Shown one piece after another: positions 1 to 10,487 of a stretch of 64,000 bases of DNA (the first letter of the stretch is position 1; each line of letters opens with the position of its first letter). The stretch is from Pseudomonadota bacterium (GTDB taxonomy: Bacteria > Myxococcota > JACRCW01 > JAFGSX01), in contig JBDRCO010000037.1 of assembly GCA_043821645.1 (NCBI GenBank), positions 192,001 to 256,000 on the forward strand, given 5' to 3'. The notes under the pieces are model-generated. The model was not told the origin of the DNA. It did not search any database and worked only from the letters and a program-made list of their open reading frames with translations. The translations under genes and the position numbers were made by a program.

Positions 1-1
1 C

Positions 2-3000
2 GCCGAGGACTTCGCGGTCTATGCCGAGGGCAAGGGTGCTCATCTGGCCCGATCACCCGAGCTCCGCGTGGCCAATACTCCACCCTCCGTCCCGACCGTG
101 AGCCACGAACCCGCCCAACCAGGCACGCGAGACGACATCAAGCTCGTCGTGACCACCCCGGCCCAGGATGCGGATGGCGACAAGGTCCGCTACCGCGTGC
201 GCTGGTTGCGTAACCGCGAGCTGGTCAAGGAACTCAACGACGCGTTCACGCTCCCGGCTACCCAGACCAAGAAAGGCCAGAGCTGGGAGGCCGTGGTGAT
301 CGCCCACGACGGTGCCGACGAGGGAACGCCAGCCCGGCACCAGGTCCAGATCGCCAACAGTCCTCCCTCGGCACCGGGCATCGTGCTCGCGCCCGCCACG
401 GCCCGGGCCGACGATCGCGTCACCGCGCGTGTCGCCAAGGCGTCGATCGATGCGGATGGCGACCCCATTCGTTACCGCTACCGCTGGAGCGTCGACGGGA
501 AGCGCCGTCCAGTGGACGAATCGGTTGATACCGTACCGGCGCGGAGTGCGGGCAAGGGGCATCTGCTGGGGGTCGACGTCCTGGCCTTCGATGGCCAGGT
601 GGAGGGCCCTGCGACCCATGTCGAGCTCAAGGTTGCCAACACTGCGCCGCCGGCGCCGGCGCTGTCTCTCGTGCCAGCCAAGCCGCGCGCCGGTGACGAT
701 CTGATCGTCCGCATTGCGCCCCCTCGAGCAGACGCCGACGGTGACACCATCCGCTACGAACTCGCGTGGCGGCGCAACGGTGAAGCCGTGGCAGGCCTGC
801 GCGAGGCACGGGTGCCCGCAGCCCAGACCCGCAAGGGAGAGCGCTGGAGTGCCGAGGTCACGGCCCAGGACGGCGAGGCAGCCGGTCCGGTGGCCAAGGC
901 CGAGGTGACCGTCGGCAACACCCCCCCCGCGGCGCCACGGGTTTCCATCTCGCCGGCTCAGCCCCGCGCCGGTGACGCGCTCAAGGCTCAGGTTGTGGAG
1001 CCCTCGACCGACCTCGACGGTGACAGCGCGCGCTACTCCTGGAGCTGGCTGCGGGATGGCACCGAGGTTGCGGGCCTGAATACCGACAGCGTCCCACCGG
1101 GACGGCTCAAGAAGAACGAAGTCTGGCGCGTTCGTTCCACACCCTCGGACGGCACGGACAGCGGCACTCCTGGCCAGGCTGATCTGCGGGTCGAGGACAC
1201 GCCACCCGGCGCCCCGGTCGTCCGGATCGAGCCCGCCAAGCCCGCCACGGCTGACGCTCTGCGCGCCGTCATCGCAACCCCTGCGGTGGACGTGGATGGC
1301 GATGCCATCAGCTACCGCTACACCTGGTTTCTCGACGGCGTGGCGCAGGATCTTCCCGCCGATCGGGCCGAGGTGGAACCCGCCCGCACCCGCAAGGGGC
1401 AACGCTGGTCCGTTGAGGCCACGGCCGTGGCCGACGGGCAGATCGGGGAGGCCTCTCGTGCCGAGGTCGAGATCGGCGACACCCCACCTGCGACGCCACG
1501 CGTGGTGATCGCGCCGTCGAACCCGCACACTGGTGACGCCCTGCACGCCAGCGTGCCGGAGTTTCCCCAGGACGTGGACGGCGATCCCCTCAGCATGGCG
1601 ATCCGCTGGCTCAAGGACGGCCAGCCCGCAGGGATAGACGGCGCGAGTGTCCCTGCGGAGCGCACCCGTCGGGGCGAGCGCTGGACTGCCGAGGCCACCG
1701 CGAACGACGGCATGCGTCGCTCGGCTCCAGGTAAAGCCGAGGTCCGCATCGCCAACACGCCACCACGGCCACCGATTCTCAAGATGACCAAGCGCGCCTG
1801 GAAGACCGATGAGACCGTGATCGTGCAGGTGGTCACGCCTGCCCGCGACGACGACGGGGACCCGGTCACCCTGCGCTACGTGTGGGAGCGCGATGGCAAG
1901 GCCGTGGAGCTTCCGGCCACCACCACACAGTTGACGCCCGAGAGAACTGCCAAGGGCCAGGCCTGGGTGGTGCGCGCCATCCCCCGGGACGACAGCGAGG
2001 ATGGCCCCGAGGTCCGTGTCGCCTTCACCGTCCTCAACACCCCTCCCGGACCACCAACCATCACGCTGTCGCCCGCGAAACCGTCGACCCGGGAGCCCTT
2101 GCTGGTCAAGATCGATGCCCCGGCACCGGACACCGATCGCGACGCCCAGAAGTACCGCTATCGCTGGTACAAGGACGGCGTGCGGCAGCGGCTGGACGAG
2201 ACCAGTGGACGCGTGGACGCCAAGCTCACGCACCGCGATGAGCACTGGAGGGTCGAGGTTCGGGCCCACGATGGCGAGGTCGAGGGTCCCGCTGCGAGCG
2301 CCGAGCTTCGCATTCACAACACGGCTCCCGAAGCGCCGGAGCTGCGCATCGAACCGGACACGCCCGGCGGTGGCCAGGACCTGCGTTGCGTCGTCACCCG
2401 AGAGGCACAAGAGGCCGACGGCGACCCGCTGGTGTACCGCTTTTTGTGGGAACGAGACGGCGCTGCTGTGCCCGAGGGAGTCGACGGCGTGGTCCCGGGC
2501 GCCCTCGTCCGCAAGGGGCAGCGCTGGCGATGTTCGGCCGAAGCCAGCGACGGGAGTCTCACCGGGCCCCGGGTCCAGTCCAGCGAAGTGCGCGTGACCA
2601 ATAGCCCGCCGGCACCGCCACGCATCCAGGTCCTCCCGGAGCAAGCCACGGCGGACCACCCCATCACCTGCGCGGTGCTGGACGAGGCCCTCGACCCCGA
2701 CATGGACCCCGTTCGCTACCGCTTCGCCTGGCTCAAGGGAAAGGCCAAGAAGAGGCTGTTCGAGGACCAGTCCGTGCTCCCCCCGGGGACCGCTCGCAAG
2801 GGCGAGCAGTGGACGTGCCTGGTTCGGGCGAGGGATGCCGAGGCCGACAGCCAGGAGGTCCAGGTGTCGGTGAGCGTGATCAACTCGCCGCCCGCGAGCC
2901 CACGCATTCACCTGGAGCCGGAATACCCGGTGGCCGGGGTCGACGGGTTGCGCTGCATCATCGACGATCAAGCCATGGATCCGGATGGCGACAAGGTGCG

Positions 3001-3190
3001 GTACCGCGTGCAGTGGTTCAAGGATGGCGTGCTGCAGGGCTTCGCCGCCACCAGCCTCGATGTCCCCTCACGCCTTGTCGTCGACAAGAGCCTGTGGCAG
3101 TGCGCTGTCGAGGCCTCTGACGGCAAGCTGAACGCCGAGCTGGTTCGCAGCAACACCGTGGTGGTGGGCCGACGCCAGGGAGATCGCTGA
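2..3190 (+). CDS. Large tandem Ig-like/cadherin-like repeat protein (5'-partial)
   Basis: The frame is open from position 2, so the gene starts upstream of the window. It has 11 tandem ~94-aa units, each N/D-T/S-P/A-P..P.V.I.P..P...D.L....D.DGD...Y.Y.W..DG...KG..W...V...DG. The last three units carry Cys pairs. Confidence 0.85.
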   Translation, partial: AEDFAVYAEGKGAHLARSPELRVANTPPSVPTVSHEPAQPGTRDDIKLVVTTPAQDADGDKVRYRVRWLRNRELVKELNDAFTLPATQTKKGQSWEAVVIAHDGADEGTPARHQVQIANSPPSAPGIVLAPATARADDRVTARVAKASIDADGDPIRYRYRWSVDGKRRPVDESVDTVPARSAGKGHLLGVDVLAFDGQVEGPATHVELKVANTAPPAPALSLVPAKPRAGDDLIVRIAPPRADADGDTIRYELAWRRNGEAVAGLREARVPAAQTRKGERWSAEVTAQDGEAAGPVAKAEVTVGNTPPAAPRVSISPAQPRAGDALKAQVVEPSTDLDGDSARYSWSWLRDGTEVAGLNTDSVPPGRLKKNEVWRVRSTPSDGTDSGTPGQADLRVEDTPPGAPVVRIEPAKPATADALRAVIATPAVDVDGDAISYRYTWFLDGVAQDLPADRAEVEPARTRKGQRWSVEATAVADGQIGEASRAEVEIGDTPPATPRVVIAPSNPHTGDALHASVPEFPQDVDGDPLSMAIRWLKDGQPAGIDGASVPAERTRRGERWTAEATANDGMRRSAPGKAEVRIANTPPRPPILKMTKRAWKTDETVIVQVVTPARDDDGDPVTLRYVWERDGKAVELPATTTQLTPERTAKGQAWVVRAIPRDDSEDGPEVRVAFTVLNTPPGPPTITLSPAKPSTREPLLVKIDAPAPDTDRDAQKYRYRWYKDGVRQRLDETSGRVDAKLTHRDEHWRVEVRAHDGEVEGPAASAELRIHNTAPEAPELRIEPDTPGGGQDLRCVVTREAQEADGDPLVYRFLWERDGAAVPEGVDGVVPGALVRKGQRWRCSAEASDGSLTGPRVQSSEVRVTNSPPAPPRIQVLPEQATADHPITCAVLDEALDPDMDPVRYRFAWLKGKAKKRLFEDQSVLPPGTARKGEQWTCLVRARDAEADSQEVQVSVSVINSPPASPRIHLEPEYPVAGVDGLRCIIDDQAMDPDGDKVRYRVQWFKDGVLQGFAATSLDVPSRLVVDKSLWQCAVEASDGKLNAELVRSNTVVVGRRQGDR

Positions 3191-3204
3191 AAACGGTTCG
3201 TTCT

Positions 3205-4179
3205 TCAGCGTCCACGCATCTGGCATTCCGGGCAGTCCACCACCCTCAAGCTCTCGGGGTTCCGCGTGCTGTTGTAGGCCTGCAGTGCCTGCTGCAGAGA
3301 CGGAGTGCAACCCTCGCAGCCCCGAGGAGCCATGCGCGGGTCCAGGCCCTCATCGCTGGTGCCCACCGTGACCTCGCCCAGGGGGTGGACCTGGCGCAGG
3401 ACCTCGATCACGCTCCACAGGCTCGGGGGCTGGTAATGGCCCGCACGCCAGGCCTTCTCGATGGCCGTGCCCGGCGCCACGAACACGGGTTGCAGGGCCA
3501 CATGTGCAGGCACGCGAAGCCTGGTCGCCAGCTCGAACACGTAGCGGCTCGAGGCCACGGCGTCCGCGATGGCCTGGTCCTCGTCGAGACCCAGGGGCTT
3601 GATCAGCAGATACACCAGCAGGCGGGCACCGTGCTGCGCCAGGACGGTGGCGGCGCGCTCGAAGTCCTCGCGACCAAAGCCCTTGTTGACCAGGACCTCC
3701 CGGACGTGGTCGTCCGCACTTTCCAGGCCAATACCCACCTCGAGGCGCTGTCCAGGGACCCGGTCACAGGCGGCCTGGATGCGCTCGGCGTGCACGAACT
3801 CGGGCCGGGATTCCACCAGCACGCGCCGCACGGAGCTCGACCCGAGCGCAGCGAGAACATGGTCGCGCACCGTCGCGGGCATCTCGGCCTCGGCGAAAAA
3901 AGAACCCGAGTTGAACAGATCCACCTCGACGAGATCCGTGAAGGCGCCTGGTGTCGAGAACACGCTGTCGAACTGGGTGATCAGATCCTGGGCCGCCACG
4001 GACACGCCACCGGTGGACAGCGGATGGAAGCCGCAGTTGCTGCACCCGCCATCCGGGCGCCGCGCGTAGGTGCAGCCTGCGGCGCGAAAGATGAACATCA
4101 AGCGTGACCCCGCCGTCCCGTCGACGACGGTGCGGCTGCGCTCGACCAGGGCAGGCCGCCGCAGGTCCTCGGTCGTCAT
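3205..4179 (-). CDS. Radical SAM protein, RaSEA-like (archaeosine-synthesis radical SAM/TIGR01210-type family)
   Basis: Motifs GCTYARRPDGGCSNCGF (Cx9Cx2C), FNSGSFF, VESRPEFV, EVGIGLES, NKGF, YLLIKP, YQPPSLWS and a C-terminal CxxC..CxxC. Start ATG at 4179 overlaps the upstream stop (ATGA). Confidence 0.8.
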   Translation of the reverse strand: MTTEDLRRPALVERSRTVVDGTAGSRLMFIFRAAGCTYARRPDGGCSNCGFHPLSTGGVSVAAQDLITQFDSVFSTPGAFTDLVEVDLFNSGSFFAEAEMPATVRDHVLAALGSSSVRRVLVESRPEFVHAERIQAACDRVPGQRLEVGIGLESADDHVREVLVNKGFGREDFERAATVLAQHGARLLVYLLIKPLGLDEDQAIADAVASSRYVFELATRLRVPAHVALQPVFVAPGTAIEKAWRAGHYQPPSLWSVIEVLRQVHPLGEVTVGTSDEGLDPRMAPRGCEGCTPSLQQALQAYNSTRNPESLRVVDCPECQMRGR

Positions 4180-5909
4180 CCGCGGTGCACCAGGAAGGGG
4201 CCGATGGCCAGCGCGTCGATGCGCGAGCGAGAGAAGGTGGCGATGGCGTGCTGCGGGGTACACACGATGGGTTCGCTGATGTTGAACGAGGTGTTGAGCA
4301 CCATGCCCACGCCCGACAGGGCGCGCAGCTCCCTGAGCAGTCTCGCGTACAGCGGGTTGACGGCTTCGCGCACCACGTGCACCCGCGAGGTGGCCTGGCC
4401 CGTGCTCCCGTTCTCCTGCACCACCGCAGGGATCAGCTGCATGGCCTTGCGATCCCGCACGGTGAGGGCCATCAACATGTACTCGGTGGCGTCGAGATCG
4501 GGTGGCGCGTGCAGGAACATGCCGACGTCCTCGTGCAGCACCGAGGGCGCGAAGGGACGGTAGGACTCGCGTTCCTTGATCTTGCTGTTGAGGCGTGTCC
4601 GGGTGTCGAAGCGGCTGGGGTCAGCCAGGATGCTTCGGTTGCCCAGCGCCCGCGGCCCGAACTCCAGGCGACCCTGGAACCAGGCCACCAGCTCGCCGTC
4701 GTGGATCAGGTGCGCGGCATCGCGCGCAATATCGTCGGGCCGGTGGACTGCGAGCCCGGCCTGGCGCAGGGCCGCCTCGATCTCGTCGTCAGCGTAGCCA
4801 GGTCCCAGGTAGCTGTGGTCGAGAAGGGGCCGTTGCGCGTTGCCGAGGACGTGGTTCCAGATCAGACAGGCCGCGCCCAGGGCCGTGCCGGCGTCGTTGG
4901 CCGCGGGCTGCACGTGGAGGAAGCGGAACGGCGTCTGCTCGAGGATGCGCGCATTGGCCACGCAGTTGAGCGCCACGCCGCCCGCCAGGCACAGGGCCTC
5001 CGCGCCGGTGCGCTGGTGGAGGATGCGGGCCAGGTGGACGATCACCTCCTCGGTGACGACCTGCAAACCCGCCGCGATGCTCGCCTCCTCGTACCGATCC
5101 ACCACGCTGGTGCGGCGCGGTCCGAACAGCGGGGCCAGGCCGTCGAAGTCCCGCGTCCGGAAGCGCATGATCGTGTTGTCGACCGCGAAGCCGGCCGTCT
5201 CGAGCTGCACCACGCGGCGCATGCGCCGGGCATAGTCCACGTCGCTGCGCTCACCCATGGGGTCCGTGGTGCAGGCGTAGCCCATCATCTTGCCTGGACC
5301 GGAGTAAACGTCGAAGCCCAGGTGCTCGCTCAGCTTTTCCCATACAAACCCCAGCGAATGGGGATACACCAGGGTGTCCAGGGTCTCGATGCGCGCCCCC
5401 TCGCCCAGGCCCAGGAAGGTCGTGGCATGCTCGCCGATGCCGTCGATGGCGAGCACGGCAGCGCGCCCGTGGGGTGACGGAAAGTAGGCGCTGGCCGCGT
5501 GACACAGATGGTGCGGCAGCACGTGCACCTCGGCGTGCACGAAGCGCTCGCGCAGCGACGCCAGGGCGCGCTGGTTGCTTGCGAAAAAGGCATCCTCCCC
5601 CTCGGGTGTCCCGAAATCGCCTGCGGGAATTCCCGCCACATCGAGCCCACGCTGGCTTTCGCGACGGAGCTGTGGATCGAAGGCGTAGCCCACATGGTCG
5701 ACCTGGTCTGCGGTCAGGCCCGCGTGGGCAAGCACCCACGCCAGGGCGGCCTCGGGGAGTTGATCGGCGTTGTCGACCCGCGAGTGCTTGCCGTGCTTGA
5801 CCCGGCTGAAGCGCTCCTCCTCGACCGCCGAGAGGATCTCGCCGTCTCGAAGCAGGCATACGGACGACTCATGGTAGGCGCAGTTGACGCCAAGGATGAC
5901 AGTGCTCAC
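4176..5909 (-). CDS. O-carbamoyltransferase, NodU/CmcH family
   Basis: Motifs ILGVNCAYHESS, EEERFSRVKH, HHLCHAASAY, DGIGE, AGGVALNCVAN, GRLEFGPRALGNRSIL, RPFAPS and LNTSFN. GTG start at 5909 follows an AGGAGG Shine-Dalgarno. Confidence 0.93.
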   Translation of the reverse strand: MSTVILGVNCAYHESSVCLLRDGEILSAVEEERFSRVKHGKHSRVDNADQLPEAALAWVLAHAGLTADQVDHVGYAFDPQLRRESQRGLDVAGIPAGDFGTPEGEDAFFASNQRALASLRERFVHAEVHVLPHHLCHAASAYFPSPHGRAAVLAIDGIGEHATTFLGLGEGARIETLDTLVYPHSLGFVWEKLSEHLGFDVYSGPGKMMGYACTTDPMGERSDVDYARRMRRVVQLETAGFAVDNTIMRFRTRDFDGLAPLFGPRRTSVVDRYEEASIAAGLQVVTEEVIVHLARILHQRTGAEALCLAGGVALNCVANARILEQTPFRFLHVQPAANDAGTALGAACLIWNHVLGNAQRPLLDHSYLGPGYADDEIEAALRQAGLAVHRPDDIARDAAHLIHDGELVAWFQGRLEFGPRALGNRSILADPSRFDTRTRLNSKIKERESYRPFAPSVLHEDVGMFLHAPPDLDATEYMLMALTVRDRKAMQLIPAVVQENGSTGQATSRVHVVREAVNPLYARLLRELRALSGVGMVLNTSFNISEPIVCTPQHAIATFSRSRIDALAIGPFLVHRG

Positions 5910-6038
5910 GCGGCCTCCTGCCCCGCCATCGTGCGCCGGAGCCCAAGTGCCCGCATCATACACAGCACAAGGCCACGTGGGAGCCGCACGCGGCGACCTG
6001 GCGACGGGCCCGGTGGCTGATTTTTTTCGCTGTTCCGC

Positions 6039-6067
6039 TTGCTTGCCCGGGATGGCGGTGCTAACAA
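6039..6067 (+). promoter_or_regulatory. Candidate sigma70 promoter for yajC-secDF
   Basis: TTGCTT-N17-TAACAA with TG at the extended -10 position. Confidence 0.35.
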
Positions 6068-6223
6068 GCCGCTCTCGTCACGGCGTGAAGCGCCGGGCAT
6101 GGCCCTCGACGTGGGGGCAAGACTGCTGCCAGGGAAACACTGGCTTCACGGCGCCATCTGCCCTCGCGACGCCCGCTGTGGCTTCGATCTGGCCGGTGGA
6201 GCCCAGCACAACGGAGCGCAACC

Positions 6224-6583
6224 GTGCCGCTATCCGTTCTCATCGACGTGACACGCGCCGGTCTGGCGCAGAGCCCGGGTCCCCAGGGCGGCGCCCTCAG
6301 TATGGTACTCATGCTGGGAGTGATGTTCGCGATCATCTACTTCCTGATGATCCGACCCCAGCAGAAGCAGCAGAAGAAGCACCGCGACTTCCTGTCCAAG
6401 CTCAAGAAGGGCGACGAGGTGGTGACCCAGTCCGGGTTCCTTGGCCGCGTCTTTGCCGTCGAGGAGAGCGTGGTGACCCTGGAGCTGGCGGACAAGGTCA
6501 AGGTTCGCGTGCTCAAGCACGCCGTGGCCAACATGGCACCGGGCACCGAGCCCGCAGCCGCCGACGACAGCAGCAAGAAGTGA
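6224..6583 (+). CDS. yajC: Preprotein translocase subunit YajC
   Basis: IIYFLMIRPQQKQQKKHRDFLSKLKKGDEVVTQSG signature; lies immediately upstream of secD. Confidence 0.95.
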   Translation: MPLSVLIDVTRAGLAQSPGPQGGALSMVLMLGVMFAIIYFLMIRPQQKQQKKHRDFLSKLKKGDEVVTQSGFLGRVFAVEESVVTLELADKVKVRVLKHAVANMAPGTEPAAADDSSKK

Positions 6584-6623
6584 GCACTGGCCGTCCGGTG
6601 CGCGACGACCCCGCACGAGGTTG

Positions 6624-8405
<1,782 letters not shown>

Positions 8406-8415
8406 GGGGCGTGCC

Positions 8416-9735
8416 ATGCAACTCATCAAGCCGGGCACCGACTACAACTTCACTGGCCGCGTCCCGCTGTTTGGCGGGATCTCCATCGGGCTGGTCCTGC
8501 TGTCACTGGTCGGCATCGCCACCCGTGGATTCAACTGGGGCATCGACTTCGCCGGTGGCACCGAGCTGCAGGTGCGCTTCGACAGCGCCGTGGCCACCAC
8601 CGACATCCGTCGCGTGCTGGGGGAGCAGGGCTTCGACAAGAACGAGGTCCAGCCCTACGGCGCAGTCGAGAGCCACGAATTTCTGGTGCGCATCGAGCGC
8701 GTGACCTCGCTGGGCGAGGATCGCGTCGCCCGTCTTCGCGAGGAGGCGCTCAAGCACTTTGGTGCCGAGACCCTGCATGCCTTCGTGTTCGAGCCAAGCG
8801 AAGGTGATCGCGTGGCGCTGGATTTCGCGCTTCCTCCGATCACCGCACCGGCTGTCGAAGATGCCGGGGTGAGCGCGGACGCGGCGGTCCAGGGCGAGCA
8901 GCTGGCCAGGGCCCGCGCCCAGCGTGACGAGAAGTCCGTAGCCGAGCTGACCGTCAAGGTGCAAGACTTCTTCAAGGCCCAGGGCATCGAGCTGCGCGCG
9001 CACGACTTCATCCAGTTTGGCCAGGTCCGCGGTGACAAGGTCGAGGCCCTGATCTACTTCAAGGGCGTGGCCGATCGCATCGTGCAGAGCATGACCAAGG
9101 CCTTCGGCCCGGCCTGCACCGCGGAGAACGCCGCGGACGTGTGCAAGGCGAGCAATCGCTGCGACAGCGGCAAGTGCGCCATCGACAACCGGCGTACCGA
9201 CTACGTCGACAGCAACGTCAGCAAGGAGCTGCGGACCACCGGTCTGCTGGCCATCATCTACGCGCTACTCGGCATCCTGCTCTACATTGCCGTGCGGTTT
9301 GACTTTTACTTCTCCCCCGGGGCGGTGGTGGCGGTGATCCACGACGTCACCATCACCATGGGGATCTTCGCCTGGCTCGGTTTGGAGTTCAACCTGACCA
9401 CCATCGCGGCCCTGTTGACCATTGTAGGTTACTCACTCAACGACACCATCGTGGTCTACGACCGTATTCGTGAGACCCTGCCCACCGACGACAAGCTCAA
9501 GGAGGACAGGGCCAGCTACGTCAACCGCGCCATCAACGACACCCTGAGCCGCACCATCTTGACCTCGGGCACGACCATGCTGGTGGTCGTCGCGCTGCTC
9601 ATCTTTGCCACCGGCGTCATCCAGATGTTCGCCGTCGCCATGGCCATAGGCATCACGGTCGGAACCTACTCCTCGATCTACGTGGCCAGCCCCGTCTATC
9701 TGATCCTCAAGAAGATGGTACCCGCACCGCGCTAG
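8416..9735 (+). CDS. secF: Protein translocase subunit SecF (enlarged periplasmic domain)
   Basis: Motifs GIDFAGG, HDV, AALLTIVGYSLNDTIVVYDRIRE, TLSRTILTSGTT and GTYSSIYVASP. Confidence 0.96.
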   Translation: MQLIKPGTDYNFTGRVPLFGGISIGLVLLSLVGIATRGFNWGIDFAGGTELQVRFDSAVATTDIRRVLGEQGFDKNEVQPYGAVESHEFLVRIERVTSLGEDRVARLREEALKHFGAETLHAFVFEPSEGDRVALDFALPPITAPAVEDAGVSADAAVQGEQLARARAQRDEKSVAELTVKVQDFFKAQGIELRAHDFIQFGQVRGDKVEALIYFKGVADRIVQSMTKAFGPACTAENAADVCKASNRCDSGKCAIDNRRTDYVDSNVSKELRTTGLLAIIYALLGILLYIAVRFDFYFSPGAVVAVIHDVTITMGIFAWLGLEFNLTTIAALLTIVGYSLNDTIVVYDRIRETLPTDDKLKEDRASYVNRAINDTLSRTILTSGTTMLVVVALLIFATGVIQMFAVAMAIGITVGTYSSIYVASPVYLILKKMVPAPR

Positions 9736-9927
9736 CCCGATCTCAGGCAGCATGCAATCCGCGGTGTAGGGCCCCCCGCGACGGGGCACGTCGGGTTGTT
9801 CTCCACCGACGGGGACTTTTTGGGGCCGTCGCGCGCTGCACATCGTGTCATCGACAAGGGGGGCCCAGCCCCTGCGCCCCACACCCTTCGATCGATGCCA
9901 CCTGTCATCGGTCGAGCGGATTTTTCA

Positions 9928-10404
9928 TCAGGGGCCGGTCGGCCCAGCCTCGGCAATGCCCACGAAGCGCACCGCGGTGCCAGCGGCCACGCCGTGGCGG
10001 CGGGAGAAGCCAGCGTTGACCTCGAGCACGTAGCGCGAGGGTTGCCCTACCTGGCGAGACACCGTGGTCAGAGGTTCGGCATTCTCGACCACGCCCACCA
10101 CACGCCTGTCGCTGCCGATGAAGATCATGTCCAGGGGGATGTAGGTGTTCTTCATCCAGAACGAGTGATTTCCATCCTCGCTGTACAGGAACAGCATGCC
10201 GTCATCGGCGTCGAGCTGACGGCGATACATGAGTCCGCGTGCCATTTCCTGGGGCGTGCGGGCCAGTTCCACCTTCACGGTGACCTCCCCGGCGCTCGCC
10301 AGCAGCACGACCTGGGACTGCGCGAACTGGGCACTGGCAGACTCGGCATCCATGGCACAGCACAGCAGGGCGGGGAGTGCAAGGCTCAAGGATAGACGTG
10401 GCAT
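9928..10404 (-). CDS. DUF192 domain protein (exported)
   Basis: Motifs VELARTPQEMARGLMYR, GMLF, FWMKNTYIPLDMIFI and YVLEVNAG. Signal peptide from ATG 10404; the longer ORF in the track overlaps the upstream gene. Confidence 0.9.
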   Translation of the reverse strand: MPRLSLSLALPALLCCAMDAESASAQFAQSQVVLLASAGEVTVKVELARTPQEMARGLMYRRQLDADDGMLFLYSEDGNHSFWMKNTYIPLDMIFIGSDRRVVGVVENAEPLTTVSRQVGQPSRYVLEVNAGFSRRHGVAAGTAVRFVGIAEAGPTGP

Positions 10405-10487
10405 GTGGGAATGATGCGCTGCCTGCAAGTCTTCTGGCAAGCCTGTGGATTCACAGGGGCGAGTGGTGCTCGGGAGAGGGCTTGAAT

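Noticed and set aside
53-2971. 972-aa minus-strand ORF, and similar long ORFs at 6513-8438, 12110-13936, 18178-21519, 34308-36212, 41036-44140 and 62376-63980
   Set aside because: These are antisense shadows of real high-GC genes. They show no recognisable motifs and fully overlap well-supported CDSs.
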